Shown: positions 59,638 to 64,000 of the stretch, piece by piece
Numbering within the stretch: the stretch's first letter is position 1
Layout: every line of letters starts with the position of its first letter
Source: Deltaproteobacteria bacterium
Lineage (GTDB): Bacteria > Myxococcota > Kuafuiibacteriia > Kuafuiibacteriales > Kuafuiibacteriaceae
NCBI GenBank assembly: GCA_040218735.1
Contig: JAVJQW010000018.1
Location: 275,455-339,454, forward strand
Length of the DNA: 64,000 nt
Direction: 5' to 3'
The notes under the pieces: model-generated
Database searches by the model: none
Seen by the model: only the letters and a program-made list of their open reading frames with translations
Told to the model about the DNA's origin: nothing
Made by a program: the position numbers and the translations under genes

Positions 59638-61089
59638 ATGCATCGGCGTGAGCTGATTCTCTTTCGGCGAATGTTGACCGTGTGGGACCTCGTCATGACG
59701 GCCCTCGCGTTCCTCGCTACCTTCCATCTTCGGCAGTGGGTCGGCTATTTGCAGGCCCAAGGCATCGGTTCGTTCGGCGAGCTGCAGTTCGACGTCCCGC
59801 TCCTCCAGAACCCCGAGGCGTACTACGCCGTCCTGATCGGCGTCCTCCCCGTTTGGGCGTTTGCGCTCTTCGTCTCCGGGACCGCCGACTTCCGCTCCAC
59901 CTACGCGCAGATCGCGGGCCGCTTCGTGCGGGCCGTCGCGATCGGGCTCGTCATCCTCCTCGCCGGCGTCTTCCTCTTCAAGCTGCACTTCGTCGCCCGA
60001 ACCTTCGTCGTCCTGTTCGGGGTCGCGAACGTGATCCTGCTGATCGTCGGTCGCTACGCGCTGATGGAGACGATCGCGCTCCTGCGCGCGAAGCGCGTGG
60101 ACGGCCACCGCGTCGTCGTCGTCGGCTGCGGCACGGAGGCGCTCGCGTACGCCAACTCGATCCGCTCACAGCCCCCGTGGAACGTGAAGCTCCTCGGGCA
60201 CGTCAGCGTCGACGGCGAGACGCGCGCCCCCGGAATCACCGAGACGCTCGAGCGCATCGAGAACCTGCATCACCTCCTCGACAGCACGCCGGTCGACGAG
60301 GTCCTGTTTGCGTACCCGGACCTCGAGTCGGAGCTGCTCGCCAACGCGCTGCACGCCTGCGACGAGCGCGGCGTCGACGTGCTCATCCCGCTCCCGCCGA
60401 CGCTCCCGCAGCGCGCGCGCGTCGAGGTCGCCAACCTCGAAGGTTTCGATCTCCCGCTCCTCGGTCTGCGCCGCACGCCGACCGGCGAGGTGCGTATCGC
60501 CGCCAAGCGGCTGCTCGACGTCTGCGGATCCTTCGCGATGCTGCTCGTCGCGTCGCCGATCATGGCACTGGTCTCGCTCGCGATCCGCCTGGAGTCGAAG
60601 GGACCGATCCTCTTCAAGCAGACGCGCGCCGGCCGCAACGGCCGCAAGTTCGTCATGTACAAGTTCCGCTCGATGGTCGTGGACGCGGAGGAGCGGAGGG
60701 CCGCGCTCGCGCACCTCAACGAGATGAGCGGCCCCGTATTCAAGATCAAACGTGACCCGCGCATCACGCGCGTCGGTGCGTTCATCCGCAAGACCTCGCT
60801 CGACGAGCTACCGCAGCTGTTCAACATCTTCTTCGGCGACATGAGCCTCGTCGGACCGCGTCCGCCGCTCCCCTCCGAGGTCGCTCAGTACAAGCCCTGG
60901 CAGCGGCGCCGCCTCTCCGTGAAACCCGGGCTCACCGGGTTGTGGCAGGTCTCCGGGCGCAACAACGTCGACTTCGAGGAGTGGATGGCGCTGGATCTGC
61001 GCTACATCGACGACTGGTCGCTGTGGCTCGACGTGAAGATCCTTCTGCGCACGCTGCCCGCCGTCCTGTTCAAGACCGGCGCCAGCTGA
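59638..61089 (+). CDS. Polyprenyl-phosphate glycosylphosphotransferase (WbaP/WcaJ/EpsZ-like priming transferase)
   Basis: N-terminal TMs; KRLLD, YKFRSM, DPRITRVG, RKTSLDELPQL, GDMSLVGPRP, KPGLTGLWQVSGR, DLRYI. Confidence 0.95.
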   Translation: MHRRELILFRRMLTVWDLVMTALAFLATFHLRQWVGYLQAQGIGSFGELQFDVPLLQNPEAYYAVLIGVLPVWAFALFVSGTADFRSTYAQIAGRFVRAVAIGLVILLAGVFLFKLHFVARTFVVLFGVANVILLIVGRYALMETIALLRAKRVDGHRVVVVGCGTEALAYANSIRSQPPWNVKLLGHVSVDGETRAPGITETLERIENLHHLLDSTPVDEVLFAYPDLESELLANALHACDERGVDVLIPLPPTLPQRARVEVANLEGFDLPLLGLRRTPTGEVRIAAKRLLDVCGSFAMLLVASPIMALVSLAIRLESKGPILFKQTRAGRNGRKFVMYKFRSMVVDAEERRAALAHLNEMSGPVFKIKRDPRITRVGAFIRKTSLDELPQLFNIFFGDMSLVGPRPPLPSEVAQYKPWQRRRLSVKPGLTGLWQVSGRNNVDFEEWMALDLRYIDDWSLWLDVKILLRTLPAVLFKTGAS

Positions 61090-61105
61090 CGTACGCTCCC
61101 CACTC

Positions 61106-62302
61106 GTGCTGCCGTTGATCACCGATGCCGTCGTAGCCGTCGTCGCTGCGGTGCTGGCGATCCCGTGCGGTGTCTTCTGGCTGGAGTGCATCGTCGCGAT
61201 CTTCGCGCGCCAACTCCCCGCGAAGAGCCCCGCCGATCATCCGCAGCCCAAGTCGGTGATCCTCGTCCCCGCGCACGACGAAGAGGTCGTCATCGCGGAG
61301 ACCCTCGCTGGGTTGAAGCAGCAGCTCGGCCCTGCGGATCGGATCCTCGTGGTCGCGGACAACTGCTCCGACGGCACGGTCGATCTGGTGAAGGCCGCGG
61401 GCGTCGAGGTCATCGAGCGCCACGACACCGAGCGCCGCGGCAAGGGCTACGCGATCGTGTTCGGCCTCGATCACCTCGCTTCGGATCCGCCGGACATCGT
61501 GACGATCGTCGACGCCGACTGCACGGCGGAGGCGGGCGCGCTCGAGCTCATCGCGCGCGAGGCGTCGTTCACGGGGCGCCCGGTGCAGGCCGAGTACCTC
61601 CTCACGAGCCCCGACGATTCACCGAAGACCGTCGTCTCTGCGCTCGCGTTCCTCGTGCGCAACCGTGTGCGGCCGCGCGGCCTCGCGCGCGTCGGGTTGC
61701 CGGCGCACCTCACGGGGAGCGGGATGGCGTTCCCGTGGGACGTCCTCAGGAACGCCCCCGCGACGGGTTCCTATCTCGTCGAGGATCTGTTGATGGGGAT
61801 CGAGCTCGCGCTGAAGGGGACGCCGCCGCTGCTCTGCGCCGAGGCGCAGATCACCAGCCTGTTGCCGACGCGCGATCGCGCCGCGATGGGTCAGCGTCGT
61901 CGTTGGGAGCACGGGCAGCTCATGACGCTCACGCGCTACGCGCCGCGGTTGGTGTGGGCGGGCGTCACGCGGTTCGACTTCGGGCTGTTCGCGCTCGGGA
62001 TGGACCTGTTCGTCCCGCCGCTCGCGTTGCTCGTGCTCGCGTGTGTCGGTGTGCTCACGCTCTCCGTGGTGCCGTTGGTGTTGTTCGGTCGGTGGTGGTC
62101 GTTCGCGGTCGCCGCGGACAACCTGTTCACGGTCGCGACCGGCGTCGGCGTCGCGTGGTTGTTCTACGGGCGCTCGACGATCCGACTGTCTCAGCTCATC
62201 GCGGTCCCGCTCTACGTGCTGTGGAAGATCCCGTTGTACCTGTCGCTGTTGCTCCGCGGCGGGCAGAAGACCTGGGAGCGCACGGAGCGGACCTCCAAGT
62301 GA
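61106..62302 (+). CDS. Family 2 glycosyltransferase (membrane-associated)
   Basis: VPAHDEE, VADNCSD, GKGYA, DAD, VEDL, QRRRW; C-terminal TMs. Confidence 0.92.
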   Translation: MLPLITDAVVAVVAAVLAIPCGVFWLECIVAIFARQLPAKSPADHPQPKSVILVPAHDEEVVIAETLAGLKQQLGPADRILVVADNCSDGTVDLVKAAGVEVIERHDTERRGKGYAIVFGLDHLASDPPDIVTIVDADCTAEAGALELIAREASFTGRPVQAEYLLTSPDDSPKTVVSALAFLVRNRVRPRGLARVGLPAHLTGSGMAFPWDVLRNAPATGSYLVEDLLMGIELALKGTPPLLCAEAQITSLLPTRDRAAMGQRRRWEHGQLMTLTRYAPRLVWAGVTRFDFGLFALGMDLFVPPLALLVLACVGVLTLSVVPLVLFGRWWSFAVAADNLFTVATGVGVAWLFYGRSTIRLSQLIAVPLYVLWKIPLYLSLLLRGGQKTWERTERTSK

Positions 62303-63849
62303 CCGACGACCCCAACGCAATCACGACGCTCCCGGCTCGGGTGCGCGTCGTTCAGCGTGTGCAGGAGCTCTACCCCTGGCTGCTCGCGCTGATCGGCGGC
62401 GTCGCGATCGCGTCGAACCTCTTCGTCGCGTTTCGTCACCTCGGGACGCGGTACCACCTCAACCACGTCGCGAGCGCGTGGCAGGCGCTGACCTGGTACG
62501 CCGCGAACGGTGAGCTGTACCCGCCGCTGTTCGAGGGCGGCTTCTACGGAGGCACGCGGTTCGCGCCGCTGTCGATCCTCCTCAACACGATCGCCGCGAA
62601 GATCAGCTCAGAGCTCTTCACGTCGACGAAGGTCGTCGCGCTGTTGGCGATGGGCGCGGTGCTCGTCAGCCTCTATCTGTTGATCGTGAAGCGCGGCGCA
62701 CCGCGCGCGGTTGCGTTCTTCCTCGCGGGCGGCATCGTCCTCACCGAGCCCGGCTTCTACGCGATGACTTCGCCGTTTCGCGGAGACCCGGCGCCGATCG
62801 TGTTGCAGCTCGCGGCGCTGATGCTCGTCGCGAAGGGCGACACACGGACGACGCGCCGGGTCGTGATCGCTTCCGCGCTGTGCGCGACGGCGGTGTTCTT
62901 CAAGCTCACCGCGGGCTTCGCGGTGATCGCGATCGGGTTGCTCCTCCTCGCGCAGGACCGCCGTCAGCTCGGCTACTTCTGCGTGGCGTGGTTCGGCCTG
63001 GTGATCGCGCTCGGGTTGTTCTTCCACTTCGTCACCGACGGTCGAATGACCGAGAACCTCTTCGGCGTCGCGACCTCCGATCTCGGCGGCGCGCGGAGCA
63101 TCTTCGGCGTCCCGGGGACGATCAACTACCTGCTGCACGCGTCGACGGCGCTCACCGGGATCGGCGTGCCGATCGTGGTGGTGGCCATCCTGCGTTCGCT
63201 CGGTCGCCAACGCATCACGCTGCTTCAGCTCGCGTGGCTCGCGAGCCTCGCGATCCTGTTCGTGTTGTTCACGGACAGCGGCGTCGCCTTCAACCACCTC
63301 CTCGCGTTCGAGGTGACGACGGCCGCGTGTATCGGCGAGCTGTGGGCCGACCTCGCCGCGCCCGCCGACGGATTCGACGTTCCGCGTCTCGTCATGGCTG
63401 GCGTGCTCGCGTTCGTCGCCTACGGCGACTTCGATCGTCACGTGGCGGACGACCTGCGGATGTCGATGCGCGCGACCGCCCCCGAGCACGACTTCGCCGC
63501 GGTCGACGACCTCGTGCGCCCCGGGATGAAGGTCCTGTCCGAGGAGCCGAGCCTCGTGATCGCGAAGGACATGCGCCCGGTCGTCGTCGACGCGTGGATG
63601 ATCACGAAGATCGCGAAGTCGCAGCCCGAAGCGCAGACCGCGCTGATCGATCGGGTGAAGGCGCGCGAGTTCGACCGCGTGATCCTCCTCGACGACCCGG
63701 CGGCCGAGTCGGCGAAGGCCTGGTACTCGCACCACTTCGGTTGGTCGGTGGTCGACGCGATCGTCGACAACTACGCCCTCACCGAGGTCCGGTTCGGGCT
63801 CCGCATCTACGATCGCAAGCGCGCTTCACCTAGTCACCTGCGTCAGTGA
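62299..63849 (+). CDS. Multi-pass membrane protein, probable GT-C glycosyltransferase
   Basis: GTG overlaps the GT2 stop; GELYPP...RFAPL loop, RGD, FFKLT; ~11 TMs plus a C-terminal soluble domain. Confidence 0.65.
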   Translation: MTDDPNAITTLPARVRVVQRVQELYPWLLALIGGVAIASNLFVAFRHLGTRYHLNHVASAWQALTWYAANGELYPPLFEGGFYGGTRFAPLSILLNTIAAKISSELFTSTKVVALLAMGAVLVSLYLLIVKRGAPRAVAFFLAGGIVLTEPGFYAMTSPFRGDPAPIVLQLAALMLVAKGDTRTTRRVVIASALCATAVFFKLTAGFAVIAIGLLLLAQDRRQLGYFCVAWFGLVIALGLFFHFVTDGRMTENLFGVATSDLGGARSIFGVPGTINYLLHASTALTGIGVPIVVVAILRSLGRQRITLLQLAWLASLAILFVLFTDSGVAFNHLLAFEVTTAACIGELWADLAAPADGFDVPRLVMAGVLAFVAYGDFDRHVADDLRMSMRATAPEHDFAAVDDLVRPGMKVLSEEPSLVIAKDMRPVVVDAWMITKIAKSQPEAQTALIDRVKAREFDRVILLDDPAAESAKAWYSHHFGWSVVDAIVDNYALTEVRFGLRIYDRKRASPSHLRQ

Positions 63850-64000
63850 TTCCTCACGCATCTCGCGGCCGCCTTTCGCGCCTGCTGCCCGCGCCGCCTT
63901 CGGCTCTCGTCGGTTGCGTACGCCCGGTATGCGCCCTCCTCACGCGGGCACCAGGCACGAAACTCGGCTCGCGACATACGCAAGCAATCACTGACGCAGG

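Noticed and set aside
59489-59656. Possible short upstream ORF (MSTIPGVGG...) before the priming glycosyltransferase
   Set aside because: No RBS or recognisable features; cannot be supported from sequence alone.
63846-64000. GTG-initiated frame running off the window end
   Set aside because: The translation is not protein-like and the codon usage is atypical; probably intergenic or belonging to a gene outside the window.

Overview
Gene-dense, very GC-rich bacterial DNA that looks like Myxococcota. The signs are TIGR02266-like Hsp70, Ser/Thr kinase-TPR-PEGA modules, DGG-linker lipoproteins, a TolQ+2xTolR motor triplet and a short-OPX plus beta-barrel polysaccharide export locus. About 55 CDSs are supportable. 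They include housekeeping genes (miaB, xerD, gatB, mtnA, hutF, acyl-CoA dehydrogenase, HtrA), a Rieske/cytochrome b-c pair and the start of an exopolysaccharide cluster. I saw no rRNA, tRNA, CRISPR array or transposase. Three results stand out. (1) A candidate undescribed arginine-directed peptide/protein modification locus at 36110-40595: an arginase with an N-terminal RRE/PqqD-like domain, a hypothetical protein, a YcfD/RoxA-like JmjC hydroxylase, a convergent small protein with an Arg-heptad amphipathic N-terminus, and a divergent P450. (2) A hidden selenoprotein: an ArsC-family reductase with an in-frame UGA (UxxC) and a SECIS-like hairpin, split by the ORF track (56819-57157). (3) A polysaccharide co-polymerase fused to an N-terminal FHA domain (57143-59260). 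All family calls come from motif recognition by eye; no searches were run.
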